Part shown: in pieces, positions 17,041-26,174 of the stretch
Layout of the letters: each line of letters opens with the position of its first letter
How positions within the stretch are numbered: position 1 is the first letter of the stretch
DNA from: Dehalococcoidia bacterium
GTDB taxonomy: Bacteria > Chloroflexota > Dehalococcoidia > Lucifugimonadales > CAZENU01
Assembly: GCA_965222125.1 (NCBI GenBank)
Contig: CBDCTC010000004.1
Coordinates: forward strand, 130,299 to 194,298
Reading direction: 5' to 3'
Length of the DNA stretch: 64,000 bases
Program-made: the position numbers and the translations under genes
Notes under the pieces: model-generated
Seen by the model: the letters and a program-made list of their open reading frames with translations, nothing else
Database searches by the model: none
Told to the model about the DNA's origin: nothing

Positions 17041-18414
17041 CTATGCGAACTGGAACTCCGCGGTGGAGACGATTAGCTGAAGCATGCGAACGGCCCTGGC
17101 GGTACTGCTCTCGCGATCGGAGTCGGTCTCGAAGCTCAGCGGGCCGCCGGCCCGGGCGTGCTCCAGCAGCGCGGTCCTCGTGACGTTCTCGACCGCCATC
17201 GGGCCCACCAGATCGAGGCATCTGTCGACGAACTCCTCCGGCTGAAGGGGAGACGCTTTGTCGAGCCGGCCCACTATCACAGCGACGCCCGGCTTGGCGG
17301 GATCTCCGAACTCTTTGACGGCGAAGTTGATGCGCTCGGTCATGGCGCCGCCGTCTATCCACTCGCGGCCGGTGTGCCAGCCCTCCACCGTGGGCGGGTT
17401 CATCAGCTCCTGCCCCATCGTCATGGCTGCGTCGGCGTACGCGCCGATGCCCGGGTGGGGGAACCGGTGCGTGCCCAGCAGCTTGACAACTCCGGCCACC
17501 AGCTCGGCCGGGCTCTTGACCCGCTTGAAGCGCGCCTCCTTGAAGAACTCGGAGTTGAACAGCACCCTCATCATGGCCCGGACCTCGCCGCCGGTGTCCA
17601 CGTAGGTCTCGACCAGCGCGTCGATGGCGTCCGGGTCCTGGGGAGGTTCGAGCTGCCACGCCGGCACCTGCGGCTCGTCGGCCACGAAGAAGTTGTACAG
17701 GTGCCGCGAGAGGAACTTCGCGGTCGCCTCCTGCCTCACGATGATCTCTATGATCTGCTCGCCGTTCAGGTTGCCGCTGTGGCCCAGGAAGGTCTTGAAG
17801 CCGTTGTCGTGCAGCTCCTCGCGGTAGACGAAGTCCGACCTGGTCTGGTTGGTGGGGTACTCGGGGATCGGCTGTGTTATCGTCCAGCCTGTGAACGCCC
17901 GGGCCGCGCTCTTGATGTCGTCCTCTGTGTAGTTGCCGACGCCCATCGAGAAAAGCTCCAGCAGCTCCCGCCCGTAGTTCTCGTTCGGCTGGCCATTCAC
18001 GTTCTCGTTGTTGTCGAGCCAGAAGATCATGGCCGGGTCCCGCGACAGGTCGGTCAGGATGGTCTTCATGTCGGAGAGGCCGTTTCTCCGGAACATGTCG
18101 ATCTGGTCGGCCACGTGACTGGCCTTGGTGTTGGCCGTCGCGAAGACGTGGTGCCAGAAGAGCGCCATCTTCTCTTCGAGCGGACGCCGGGAGTTGACCA
18201 TCCGGTATATCCACTGGTTCTTGCTGCCGAACCTGATACCGAAGTAGCGCTCGGCGATATCTTCGTCAATGTCGGGGAAACGCTCCGGGTGGAGGAGGTC
18301 GTCGACGACAGCCTCGTAGCTCCTAGAGGACAGGAGCTCAAGCTCGTCGCGGGTGGCGCCGAACCCGGCCCGGCGCATCAGATGGGCGATCAGATCAAGG
18401 TCGGACTCCTGCAC
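17041..18414 (-). CDS. DUF1800-family protein (copy 2)
   Basis: 457 aa. Motifs include ...LIAHLMRRAGFGATRDELE..., FWHHVFA, MIFWLDN and NENYGRELLELF. Paralog of 12002..13408. Confidence 0.85.
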   Translation of the reverse strand: MQESDLDLIAHLMRRAGFGATRDELELLSSRSYEAVVDDLLHPERFPDIDEDIAERYFGIRFGSKNQWIYRMVNSRRPLEEKMALFWHHVFATANTKASHVADQIDMFRRNGLSDMKTILTDLSRDPAMIFWLDNNENVNGQPNENYGRELLELFSMGVGNYTEDDIKSAARAFTGWTITQPIPEYPTNQTRSDFVYREELHDNGFKTFLGHSGNLNGEQIIEIIVRQEATAKFLSRHLYNFFVADEPQVPAWQLEPPQDPDAIDALVETYVDTGGEVRAMMRVLFNSEFFKEARFKRVKSPAELVAGVVKLLGTHRFPHPGIGAYADAAMTMGQELMNPPTVEGWHTGREWIDGGAMTERINFAVKEFGDPAKPGVAVIVGRLDKASPLQPEEFVDRCLDLVGPMAVENVTRTALLEHARAGGPLSFETDSDRESSTARAVRMLQLIVSTAEFQFA

Positions 18415-18524
18415 AGCGCACCTCCCTGCGACGAGGCTCGGCCAATCCCCGACATTCTAGGCCTGGGTCACTGCAATCGCAATACTTCCAAAGCGCCGCG
18501 GCGTAGATCCATGCGCCGATCCGA

Positions 18525-18552
18525 TTGACCAGGCGCTGCACATAGCGATAAT
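18525..18552 (+). promoter_or_regulatory. Candidate sigma70-type promoter (TTGACC-N16-GATAAT) for the FAD oxidoreductase gene
   Basis: The hexamers were read at 18525-18530 and 18547-18552 in the divergent intergenic region. Sequence match only. Confidence 0.3.
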
Positions 18553-18713
18553 CGTCGTCCCGAACAAGGCGAAAGGCCCAGGATCACCGGGACCCACACG
18601 GCCTTGCCAAGCCCGTGTCAGAGCACGACAATGGGTCGAAGCCGGCGGCAATACACATCGGAACGTGGCCGCGCCGGCGGCCACGCGCCAGATTCCGGAG
18701 AGCACGCAAGCCC

Positions 18714-19853
18714 ATGACCAGTAGCTCCTCAGACGTCGTGATAGTAGGCGGCGGCATCGTCGGCGCCGCCACCGCCTACTACCTCGCCTGCCGCGGCATC
18801 GCCAGCACGGTGGTGGAGCGCGACAGGGTGGCGGCGCACGCCTCCGGCTTCTCGTACGCGGCGCTCGGCACCTTCGACGAGGCCGGGATGGACGGCGCGC
18901 ACTTCGACGTGGCGTCTGAGGGGATGCGACTACACCGAGAGCTGGCCGACCTCCTTCCGGCGGAGACGGGGACGCAGACCGATTTCCGCAACCGTCCGCA
19001 GCTCTGGCTCGCCTTTACCGACGAGGAGATGGAAGAGGCGCGCAACCCGACCGGCTGGGCCAAGCGAAAGCAGGAATGGGAGGTCGAAGACCAGGGCCAG
19101 CGCGTCCGCATCGTCGACGCGGACGAGGCGAGGAGGATCGAGCCCCGCATCACGCCGTCCGCACTCGGAGCCGTCTACACGGAGGGCACGGCCGACGTGA
19201 ACGCCCATCGGCTGACCGTCGCGCTGGCGGCAGCCGCCGAAAAGCGCGGGGCCACGATACGCACCGGCGCCGTGGCCGACGTCGAGCGCAGCGGAGGCCG
19301 AGTCACCGGCGTCGTCCTGGAAAGCGGCCGAATCGACTGCGGCAGCGTCGTCGTGGCGATGGGCCCGTGGAGCGAGTTGGCCTCGGACTGGCTCGGCGTA
19401 CCGATTCGGATGAGCCCGTGGAAGGGCCAGATCCTGAGGCTCCGCCTCCCCGGTCCACCCATCGAGTGCTCGGTGGCCGGCTACGACCATTTCGCGTCGA
19501 CGAAGCCCGACGGCCTCGTGTGGGTCGGCCCGACCTTCGAGGACGCCGGCATCGACGAGACGACGACCCCCGAGGGCCGCGAGGAGATCATGGCGGAGGT
19601 GGTCAAGATCGTCCCGTCCCTTGCAGAAGGCGAGCTCGCGCTCCATACGGCGTGCGTGCGCCCGTTGTCCGCAGACCGCAAGCTCATTCTGGGGAAAGTC
19701 CCGGGCCTCGAAGGCGCATACGCGGCCACGGGCGGCGGACGGCTCGGCCTGATGATGGGCCCGGCGATGGGGTCGCTGACGGCGGAGCTGATCTCGACCG
19801 GCTCGACCTCGGTCCCACTGAACGAGTTCGACCCGGGGCGATTCGCCGAATAG
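18714..19853 (+). CDS. FAD-dependent oxidoreductase (DAO / glycine-sarcosine oxidase-like family)
   Basis: Track ORF trimmed to ATG 18714. The N-terminal dinucleotide-binding motif is DVVIVGGGIVGAATAYYLA, and the length (~380 aa) fits the family. Confidence 0.8.
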   Translation: MTSSSSDVVIVGGGIVGAATAYYLACRGIASTVVERDRVAAHASGFSYAALGTFDEAGMDGAHFDVASEGMRLHRELADLLPAETGTQTDFRNRPQLWLAFTDEEMEEARNPTGWAKRKQEWEVEDQGQRVRIVDADEARRIEPRITPSALGAVYTEGTADVNAHRLTVALAAAAEKRGATIRTGAVADVERSGGRVTGVVLESGRIDCGSVVVAMGPWSELASDWLGVPIRMSPWKGQILRLRLPGPPIECSVAGYDHFASTKPDGLVWVGPTFEDAGIDETTTPEGREEIMAEVVKIVPSLAEGELALHTACVRPLSADRKLILGKVPGLEGAYAATGGGRLGLMMGPAMGSLTAELISTGSTSVPLNEFDPGRFAE

Positions 19854-19950
19854 AAATCCTCCCCAGAGGGCGACGCCCACCGTTCGGTGCGACTCGCTGC
19901 CGCTCCGCCCGCAAGTTGCGCGAACATCGGCCTTGTGGCACGATGGGACG

Positions 19951-20871
19951 ATGAGGATAGGAGCGTTCGAGGTCATCGAGCCGGTCCCTGAGCTTGTAGA
20001 CCCGTGCGCGATTTCGATGCTGCGGCCCTGGATCGACGTGGGCCGCGTCGGGACGCTCGCCCTGAACGTACTGGAGCGGCATCTTGGCGCCGTCGAGCTG
20101 GGCAGGCTCGCCCGTCCGGGCACCTACCTCGACTTCACCCGCGAGCGTCCGCGAATGCGCATCGTCGACGGCAGGCGCCGGCTTTCCACGCCCAACACCG
20201 TCGTCCGCTTCGCCAAGACCGGCGGCGACCGCGACTTCCTCTTACTGCACCTGCGAGAGCCGCACGCGATGGCCGAGGACTACACCGACTCCATCGTAGA
20301 GCTCCTCAGCTACTTCGGAGTCACGGAGTACTGCCGGATCGGCGGCATGTTCGACACCCAGCCGCACACGCGCCCCCTCGTCGTAACCGGCACGCTTAGC
20401 GACGACCACTCCGAACGCGTGAAGGGCCTCGTATCTGCCAGAGCGGGCAAGTACCAGGGACCGACCAGCATCGTGAACCTGGTGACCGAGTCCCTGCAGG
20501 ACGAGGACGTCGTCAACTCCAGCCTGATGGTGCACATCCCGCAGTACGTCCAGCTGGAAGAGGACCACATGGGAGCGGCCCGCCTCGTCGAGGTGCTCTG
20601 CGCGATGTACGGCTTCCCCGACGCGCTGGCCGACACTACTCGCGGTCGTTTGCAGTACCAGGAGATAGAAAAGGCCGTCGAGAACAACCCGCAGGTCGCC
20701 CGGTTCGTCAAGCAGTTGGAGGCCGAGTACGACCGCGTTCGCGCGGAGCCGACCGGCGGGGAGCCCGCGGATGGCGCCGAGCTTGCCCCCGAGGTCGAGG
20801 ACTTCCTGAGACAGATGGGGCAGAGACTCGACGACGGCGCCGGCGATCAGAGAGGCGCTGCGTCCGGCTAG
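19951..20871 (+). CDS. PAC2-family protein (proteasome-assembly-chaperone-like)
   Basis: Trimmed to ATG 19951. Motifs ...MLRPWIDVGRVG..., ...DFTRERPRM... and ...QPHTRPLVVTG... fit the bacterial PAC2-family pattern as I recall it. Confidence 0.55.
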   Translation: MRIGAFEVIEPVPELVDPCAISMLRPWIDVGRVGTLALNVLERHLGAVELGRLARPGTYLDFTRERPRMRIVDGRRRLSTPNTVVRFAKTGGDRDFLLLHLREPHAMAEDYTDSIVELLSYFGVTEYCRIGGMFDTQPHTRPLVVTGTLSDDHSERVKGLVSARAGKYQGPTSIVNLVTESLQDEDVVNSSLMVHIPQYVQLEEDHMGAARLVEVLCAMYGFPDALADTTRGRLQYQEIEKAVENNPQVARFVKQLEAEYDRVRAEPTGGEPADGAELAPEVEDFLRQMGQRLDDGAGDQRGAASG

Positions 20872-20933
20872 CCGCCTCGTCTCGGACTATTGCCCGCACA
20901 GCCCGATACCACCGTACGCCCACAGGACTTCCA

Positions 20934-21773
20934 ATGCGCGCCATAGACATGCACGTTCACGTACCGAGACAGCCGGGCCTGCCCGAGATCGGCATCGAAG
21001 AGGGCCTGAGACGGTTCTTCCGCATGCGGTCCGGGCCCGAGAGCGCGGCCGAGATGGCCGCGACATACGAAGAGTTGGACCTGCTTGGTGTGATATTCAG
21101 CGTAGACACCCAGACGACCACGGGCGATCCGCCCGACTCCAACGATTACGTCGCGGGGATCGTTCGGGAGTACCCGGAGCGGTTCATCGGGTTCGCGTCC
21201 GTCGATCCGTGGAAGGACGGGGCCGTCGACGAGCTGGAGCGCGCGGTCGGCGATCTCGGTCTGAGGGGCCTGAAGCTGCATCCGATACACCAGGCGTTCT
21301 TTCCCAACGACCCGCGCTTCTACCCGCTGTACTCGACGTGCAGCGCGCTCGGCGTTCCGGTGCTGTTCCACAGCGGCTTCGGGGCCGCCGGCGCGGGGCT
21401 GCCGGGCGGGGGAGGGCTGAAGCTCAAGCACGCTGCGCCCATCCCCGGCATCGACGACGTCGCGGCCGACTTCCCCGACCTGACGGTCATCATGGCCCAC
21501 CCTGCGTGGCCGTGGGTCGAGGAGCAGATCGCGGTCGCGCTGCACAAGCCGAACGTCTTCCTGGACCTGTCCGGCTGGGCCCCGAAGTACATCCCGGAGC
21601 CGATCATCCGGGAGACCAACACGCGGCTCCGAGACAAGGTGCTGTTCGGCTCGGACTACCCCTACATGCCGCCGGACCGGTGGCTGAGCGAGTTCGAGGA
21701 GCTGCCGATCCGCGACGAGATCCGCCCGAAGGTCCTGCTGGAGAACGCCCGAAGAGCCCTCAGCCTCGACTAG
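20934..21773 (+). CDS. Amidohydrolase-family protein (amidohydrolase_2)
   Basis: 279 aa. MRAIDMHVHVP provides the HxH motif, and ...LKLHP..., ...HSG... and ...FGSDYPY follow. Confidence 0.8.
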   Translation: MRAIDMHVHVPRQPGLPEIGIEEGLRRFFRMRSGPESAAEMAATYEELDLLGVIFSVDTQTTTGDPPDSNDYVAGIVREYPERFIGFASVDPWKDGAVDELERAVGDLGLRGLKLHPIHQAFFPNDPRFYPLYSTCSALGVPVLFHSGFGAAGAGLPGGGGLKLKHAAPIPGIDDVAADFPDLTVIMAHPAWPWVEEQIAVALHKPNVFLDLSGWAPKYIPEPIIRETNTRLRDKVLFGSDYPYMPPDRWLSEFEELPIRDEIRPKVLLENARRALSLD

Positions 21774-21942
21774 GGCGTGCTAACGCTACCACTAATCAGA
21801 TACAACATCCGGGAGAATCGGGGGCGCGTGGCCGGGATTCCAGTGCCCCCAGGCTATCTGGATCTGGCTCTCCGGGTGATAAGCGTGAACAGGCCCTAGC
21901 AGAGGGGATGCATCCCGACCGCAACTGGCTACGGGAGAGCCG

Positions 21943-22662
21943 CTAGGTGCCCAGCTCCGCGAGGAGCTCCTGGATCATCTTCTCGGTCTCGAAGTAGCCG
22001 CCGGAGCCGAAGTGGGAGTAGCGTATGACGCTGTCCTTGTCGACCAGGTAGAGTGTCGGCCAGGCTACCGTGCCGAAGGCGCGCCAAGTCTTGAAGTCGT
22101 TGTCCTGGGCCACCGGGTACTTCAAGCCGTGCTCGGCAACCGCCTCCAGGACCTTCTCGCGCCGCTTTTCCGCCCTCATCTCAGGTGAGTGGACCCCGAT
22201 GATCACAAGACCCTGGTCCGTGTACTTGTCGTACCACTCCTTCATGTACGGCAGCGTCCAGACGCAGTTGATGCAGCTATAGGTCCAGAAGTCGACCAGC
22301 ACGACGTTGCCCCGCAGCTCCTCCAGGGTCAGCGGCTCGGAGTTGATCCAGGACGCGATCCCCACGAATGCGGGCTCCGGGTGGACCTTGCCGGTCTTGG
22401 GCGAGAACGGAGACTGACGGCTGTCGCCCCAGAACGTCCCCGGTAGCGCGTCCTGAGCGAACACCTGGTCGCCCGGCCGGACAATGTAGTCTTCGACATT
22501 CGGCTCGTCATATTCGAGGTACGGCGTAGGTTCAGGGGTCTGGGTCGGGAATACCCTCGCGGTCGCGGCGGCTTCTGTCTCGTTGGAGCCGACGCAGGCG
22601 GCCAGCAGCAGGATGGAAAGCAGCGCGGCGGACAACCCGTATGTGAGAAAAGCCTTTTTCAC
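21943..22662 (-). CDS. Secreted thioredoxin-fold thiol:disulfide oxidoreductase (TlpA/DipZ C-terminal-like), probable lipoprotein
   Basis: The hydrophobic leader ends ...LLLAAC. The redox motif is VLVDFWTYSCINCVWTLPY (CxxC), typical of redoxin/DipZ-type domains. Confidence 0.75.
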   Translation of the reverse strand: MKKAFLTYGLSAALLSILLLAACVGSNETEAAATARVFPTQTPEPTPYLEYDEPNVEDYIVRPGDQVFAQDALPGTFWGDSRQSPFSPKTGKVHPEPAFVGIASWINSEPLTLEELRGNVVLVDFWTYSCINCVWTLPYMKEWYDKYTDQGLVIIGVHSPEMRAEKRREKVLEAVAEHGLKYPVAQDNDFKTWRAFGTVAWPTLYLVDKDSVIRYSHFGSGGYFETEKMIQELLAELGT

Positions 22663-22733
22663 GGCGTAAAGTCCTTTCCCTGGAATTGGGCTCTACATCA
22701 GTTCGATGCCGTTTTCCGCGCCGCGATTCCGGG

Positions 22734-23096
22734 CTACTGGACGCGCACGACCTCGACGGCGTTCGACCACGCCTCCTCAATCCTGTAGAAGTCGCGCTCC
22801 TCCGGCCCCAGGATGTGGACGATGATGTCGCTGAAGTCCAGGAGGACCCAGCCGCTGTTGGGGCTGCCCTCCCTATGGTGCAGCGCCGCGCCTTCGGCCT
22901 TCAGCGCCGTCTCGAGGGCCTCGGCTAGCGCCGAGACCTGACGGCCGGAATCGGCGGACATGATGACGAAGTAGTCGGCGAAGCTGCACACCGCTCCGAT
23001 GTCGAGCATGACGATGTCGGCCGCCAGTTTGTCGGATGCGACGTCGACCGCCAGCCTTGCGTAGTCCGCCGATGACAGTGAGGTTTTCGTAGCCAC
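22734..23096 (-). CDS. rsfS: Ribosome silencing factor RsfS (iojap family)
   Basis: 120 aa. Motifs ...DIVMLDI...FADYFVIMSADSGRQV...WVLLDFSDIIVHIL...ERDFYRIEEAW are typical of RsfS. Confidence 0.85.
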   Translation of the reverse strand: MATKTSLSSADYARLAVDVASDKLAADIVMLDIGAVCSFADYFVIMSADSGRQVSALAEALETALKAEGAALHHREGSPNSGWVLLDFSDIIVHILGPEERDFYRIEEAWSNAVEVVRVQ

Positions 23097-23214
23097 TATT
23101 CCATATTATAATAACCGCGTCAGAATATGGTCAAACCCCAGAGTCCCCACCTGATTGGGAAGGCCGGCATGACGGACTGCTTCCGGTGTCATGGTGGCCC
23201 ACCCTGTCGGGGAT

Positions 23215-23244
23215 GGATTCCCGCGTTCGCGGGAATGACGGAGG
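23215..23244. repeat. REP-like palindromic unit (GGATTCCCGCGTTCGCGGGAATGACGGAGG)
   Basis: Perfect ATTCCCGCG-TT-CGCGGGAAT palindrome with the GACGG tail, in an intergenic region. Confidence 0.75.
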
Positions 23245-23280
23245 TGGGGGATTTGGGAAACGGGAACAGGAGGACTTAGC

Positions 23281-23526
23281 GTGTCGAACCTGAGCCACAC
23301 ACCCGGTCCGTGGAACTATAACGACAGGAGCGCCAACCGGGTACTCGGTCCGGACAACCAGGTAGTAGCCGCTACCTACGGCGGCGCCGTCGGAGACGCG
23401 GAGCAGGCGGCCAACACACGCCTGATCGCGGCCGCGCCCGCCATGTACGAATATCTCACCGGCAGGGCGGCTGCGGGTGACTCGGAGGCCGGCGAGATTC
23501 TCGCGACGCTCGACGAGACGCAATGA
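23281..23526 (+). CDS. Small hypothetical protein (phage-like TPGPW...ANxRLIAAAPxMYE motif)
   Basis: 81 aa with a GTG start and AGGAGGA upstream. I have seen this motif pattern in small phage-associated proteins of unknown function. Confidence 0.5.
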   Translation: MSNLSHTPGPWNYNDRSANRVLGPDNQVVAATYGGAVGDAEQAANTRLIAAAPAMYEYLTGRAAAGDSEAGEILATLDETQ

Positions 23527-23580
23527 CGTCGGTCTACCGGCGAAGCCGATCGTAGGTCCCCCGGCAAGGAGCAGGCAATC

Positions 23581-24360
23581 TTGGAACTGAAGCCTCTAGG
23601 AAATACTGGCGAGCTGATCGCGGAGATCGGCCTCGGCACCGCGTCCTACTCCGGCGGCGACGAGCCGCTGCGCAAGGGCATATCGCTGGGCGCCACCCAC
23701 ATTGATACCGCGGAGATCTACGGCACCGAGGAGGCGGTCGGCCGCGCCATCCGGGACCTGCGGAGCCGCGTCTTCCTGACGACCAAGGTGGCGCCCGATC
23801 ACTTTCGCTACGATCAGGTGATCGAGGCCGCGGAGGGCAGCCTGCGGCGTCTGGGCACTGACCGGATCGACCTGTATCTGCTTCACTGGTCCAACCCGGA
23901 CATCCCGATAGGGGAGACGATGAGCGCCATGGACCGGCTGGTGGCGGACGGGAAGGTGCGCCACGTGGGCGTCAGCAATTTCTCGGTGGCCCAGCTCGAG
24001 GAGGCGCAGAGCGTGTCCGGGAACCCGATCGTGACCAACCAGGTCAAGTACAGTCTGACGGCCCGCGACATCGAGACCGACCTGGTACCGTACTGCCAGC
24101 GGAACGGCGTCACGGTCACGGCCTACAGCCCTCTGAACCGGCTCTGGAGCGAGGCTGGGCCGAGGCTGGCGGCCGCGCTGAAGCGCGTCGCGAACGCGTC
24201 CGGGAAGACGGAAGCGCAGGTCGCCCTGAACTGGTGCACGGTCAAAGAGGGCGTCATCGCGATACCGCGGTCCAGCTCGCTCCAGCGCACCGTGGAGAAC
24301 TGCGGCGCCTCGGGCTGGCGATTGTCCGCGGAGCAGATAGCCGAACTAGAGGCCGCCTAG
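23581..24360 (+). CDS. Aldo/keto reductase
   Basis: 259 aa. Motifs ...IDTAEIYGTEE..., ...DLYLLHW... and ...IAIPRSS... fit the AKR family. Confidence 0.85.
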   Translation: MELKPLGNTGELIAEIGLGTASYSGGDEPLRKGISLGATHIDTAEIYGTEEAVGRAIRDLRSRVFLTTKVAPDHFRYDQVIEAAEGSLRRLGTDRIDLYLLHWSNPDIPIGETMSAMDRLVADGKVRHVGVSNFSVAQLEEAQSVSGNPIVTNQVKYSLTARDIETDLVPYCQRNGVTVTAYSPLNRLWSEAGPRLAAALKRVANASGKTEAQVALNWCTVKEGVIAIPRSSSLQRTVENCGASGWRLSAEQIAELEAA

Positions 24361-24361
24361 C

Positions 24362-25420
24362 CTACTCTACCCGGTGGTAGATGAACGGCGACCCCGACAG
24401 GATTTCCAAGTCCTGCTCGGTCAGATAGGTCTCTGGATAGTCCCAGAAGTACCCCAACCACATCAGGGCCCAGGTGTCGCACGTCTCTAGTCCTTCGTCG
24501 CATCCCGCTGGGTGACGGAGCCCAAGGGCGTGACCTAGCTCGTGGGCAAGACCGCCTATCCAGCCGTATGTGCCTCGCGGGCCGGACGCGCACTGTTCGT
24601 AGTTGTCGGGGTCCACGAGGCCCATCAGGTCGCCCCTGTGGACTATTGTGATTCCCTGGCCCCCCTGCCCCAGCGTGCTCGTGCCGTCGCACCTGAACTT
24701 CACGTCGGCGTAGATGGCCCATACGTACTCCGGTGATTGGCGTCTCGGAGCCGGCTGGCAGCCCGCCAGATCGGACAGAACCCGCGAATATCCCCGCTCG
24801 GCCTCGTAGTGCGTCGATGGGTTCTCGAGCGAGCATACCTGCGGCACGTCGCCCACGATTCTGAATGTGGGGCCGTCGAGTTGCTCCGCGTACCAGCACT
24901 GGACGTGATAGGCCGCGTACCTGATCGCCTCTCGGTAGTGGTCTTGCATTTCGCGGTCAGACGGCACGGCGTAAATGACGCGCACGGCCGGGCCGGGCGT
25001 CGGGGTGACGGTTGGCGTCAGACATGGAATCGGCGTCGCGGTCGGCGTTGGCGTCGCGGTTGGGGTAGCAGTCGGCGTAGGCGTCGAGGTAGGAGTCGGA
25101 GTGGCGGTCGGCGACGGCGTAGGGGTCGGCGACGGAGTCGGAGTGGCAGTTGGCGTCCGAGTTGGCGTCGCGGTTGGGGTAGCCGGCGGCGTAAGGGTCG
25201 GCGTGCGCGTCGGGGTCGGGGTTGACGTGGGTGTCGCGGTCGGGGCGACCGTCGCAGTTGGCGTGGCTGACGGCGACGGTGTAGCTGTCGGCACAGACGT
25301 AGCGGTGACAGCTACCGCCAGCGGGCTGGGGTGCTCGACCACGTCGTCGCCGCCGCAGGCAAACGACACCGCAGCCGACACGTAGAAAAGCGCGAGCAGA
25401 GTCCTCGTGGGTTGCCACAC
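24362..25420 (-). CDS. Secreted zinc metalloprotease-like protein with a long Pro/Thr-rich linker
   Basis: The N-terminal hydrophobic leader ends ...AVSFACGG. An ~85-aa (T/S/A)P repeat linker follows. The C-terminal domain carries [11 protein letters not shown] (HExxHxxGxxH, metzincin-type). Confidence 0.75.
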   Translation of the reverse strand: MWQPTRTLLALFYVSAAVSFACGGDDVVEHPSPLAVAVTATSVPTATPSPSATPTATVAPTATPTSTPTPTRTPTLTPPATPTATPTRTPTATPTPSPTPTPSPTATPTPTSTPTPTATPTATPTPTATPIPCLTPTVTPTPGPAVRVIYAVPSDREMQDHYREAIRYAAYHVQCWYAEQLDGPTFRIVGDVPQVCSLENPSTHYEAERGYSRVLSDLAGCQPAPRRQSPEYVWAIYADVKFRCDGTSTLGQGGQGITIVHRGDLMGLVDPDNYEQCASGPRGTYGWIGGLAHELGHALGLRHPAGCDEGLETCDTWALMWLGYFWDYPETYLTEQDLEILSGSPFIYHRVE

Positions 25421-25429
25421 CCTTGGACT

Positions 25430-25587
25430 ACCTTATCGTAGCGAGCGGTGAACTCCGTCATGTCCAACTGGTCCACCATGTCGGATATGAAGTAGGCCAG
25501 ATGGTCGTCAGGCAGCCACTCCTGCAACGCCGCTGGCAACAGCAACTGCTGGTCGGGTTCGTAGGGAAGGTAGGTCTTGCTTATCAA
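25430..25587 (-). pseudogene. IS1182/IS5-type transposase N-terminal fragment
   Basis: MISKTYLPYEPDQQLLLPAALQEWLPDDHLAYFISDMVDQLDMTEF matches the N-terminal (DUF772-type) region of IS1182/IS5-like transposases. The similarity ends after about 52 aa and no DDE domain follows. Confidence 0.6.
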
Positions 25588-25723
25588 CGACTCCCCGCTA
25601 CTGGACTGGGCCCATCATAACCCAAACACTCGCCAACCGTGTTTGTCGGACAGGCTGCTAGCTGCGCACAGGCCCATGCGCACGGGCTGGGCTCTGAGCG
25701 GGTCCGCCGACCCGACTATCCGG

Positions 25724-26173
25724 TTACTCGTATATCCAGCGGTCGGCGTCTCGGTTGTACGACAGGATCTCGCTGGGCTGGAAGAACAGGTCGATCTCGC
25801 GGGAGGCCGATTCGAGGGAGTCGGAGCCGTGGACCAGGTTCATCCCGATCGACATCGCCAGGTCACCCCGTATCGTGCCGGGCGCCGCGTTCAGTGGATT
25901 TGTCGCGCCGATGACCCGCCGCACGACCTCTACTGCGTTCTCGCCCTCGGCGACGATGGCGACGACGGGCGAGGAGGTTATGAAGTCGACGAGCCCGTCG
26001 AAGAACGGCTTGCCGACGTGCTCGCCGTAATGGCGGTTCGCCAGATCGCGGTCGACCGCGATCAGCTTCATCCCCGCCAGCTTCAGTCCTTTGGCCTCGA
26101 GTCGCGATATGAGTCCGCCGACCAGGCCGCGCTGGACGGCGTCGGGCTTCAACAGTACGAGCGTTCTCTCCAT
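25724..26173 (-). CDS. ndk: Nucleoside diphosphate kinase
   Basis: Trimmed to ATG 26173, which has AAGGAG upstream. Motifs: MERTLVLLKPDAVQRGLVG...NLVHGSDS. Confidence 0.9.
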   Translation of the reverse strand: MERTLVLLKPDAVQRGLVGGLISRLEAKGLKLAGMKLIAVDRDLANRHYGEHVGKPFFDGLVDFITSSPVVAIVAEGENAVEVVRRVIGATNPLNAAPGTIRGDLAMSIGMNLVHGSDSLESASREIDLFFQPSEILSYNRDADRWIYE

Positions 26174-26174
26174 G

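Noticed and set aside
15830-18214. A 794-aa ORF suggesting a giant DUF1501 fusion protein.
   Set aside because: Only the C-terminal 383 aa (from ATG 16978, with a GGGAGG RBS) look like DUF1501. The upstream part is Arg/Pro-rich and overlaps the genuine DUF1800 gene (17041..18414) in another frame.
24975-25385. Repetitive GC-rich DNA that might be a CRISPR array or VNTR.
   Set aside because: It has no repeat-spacer architecture. It is the in-frame coding sequence of the Thr/Pro-rich linker of the metalloprotease-like protein.
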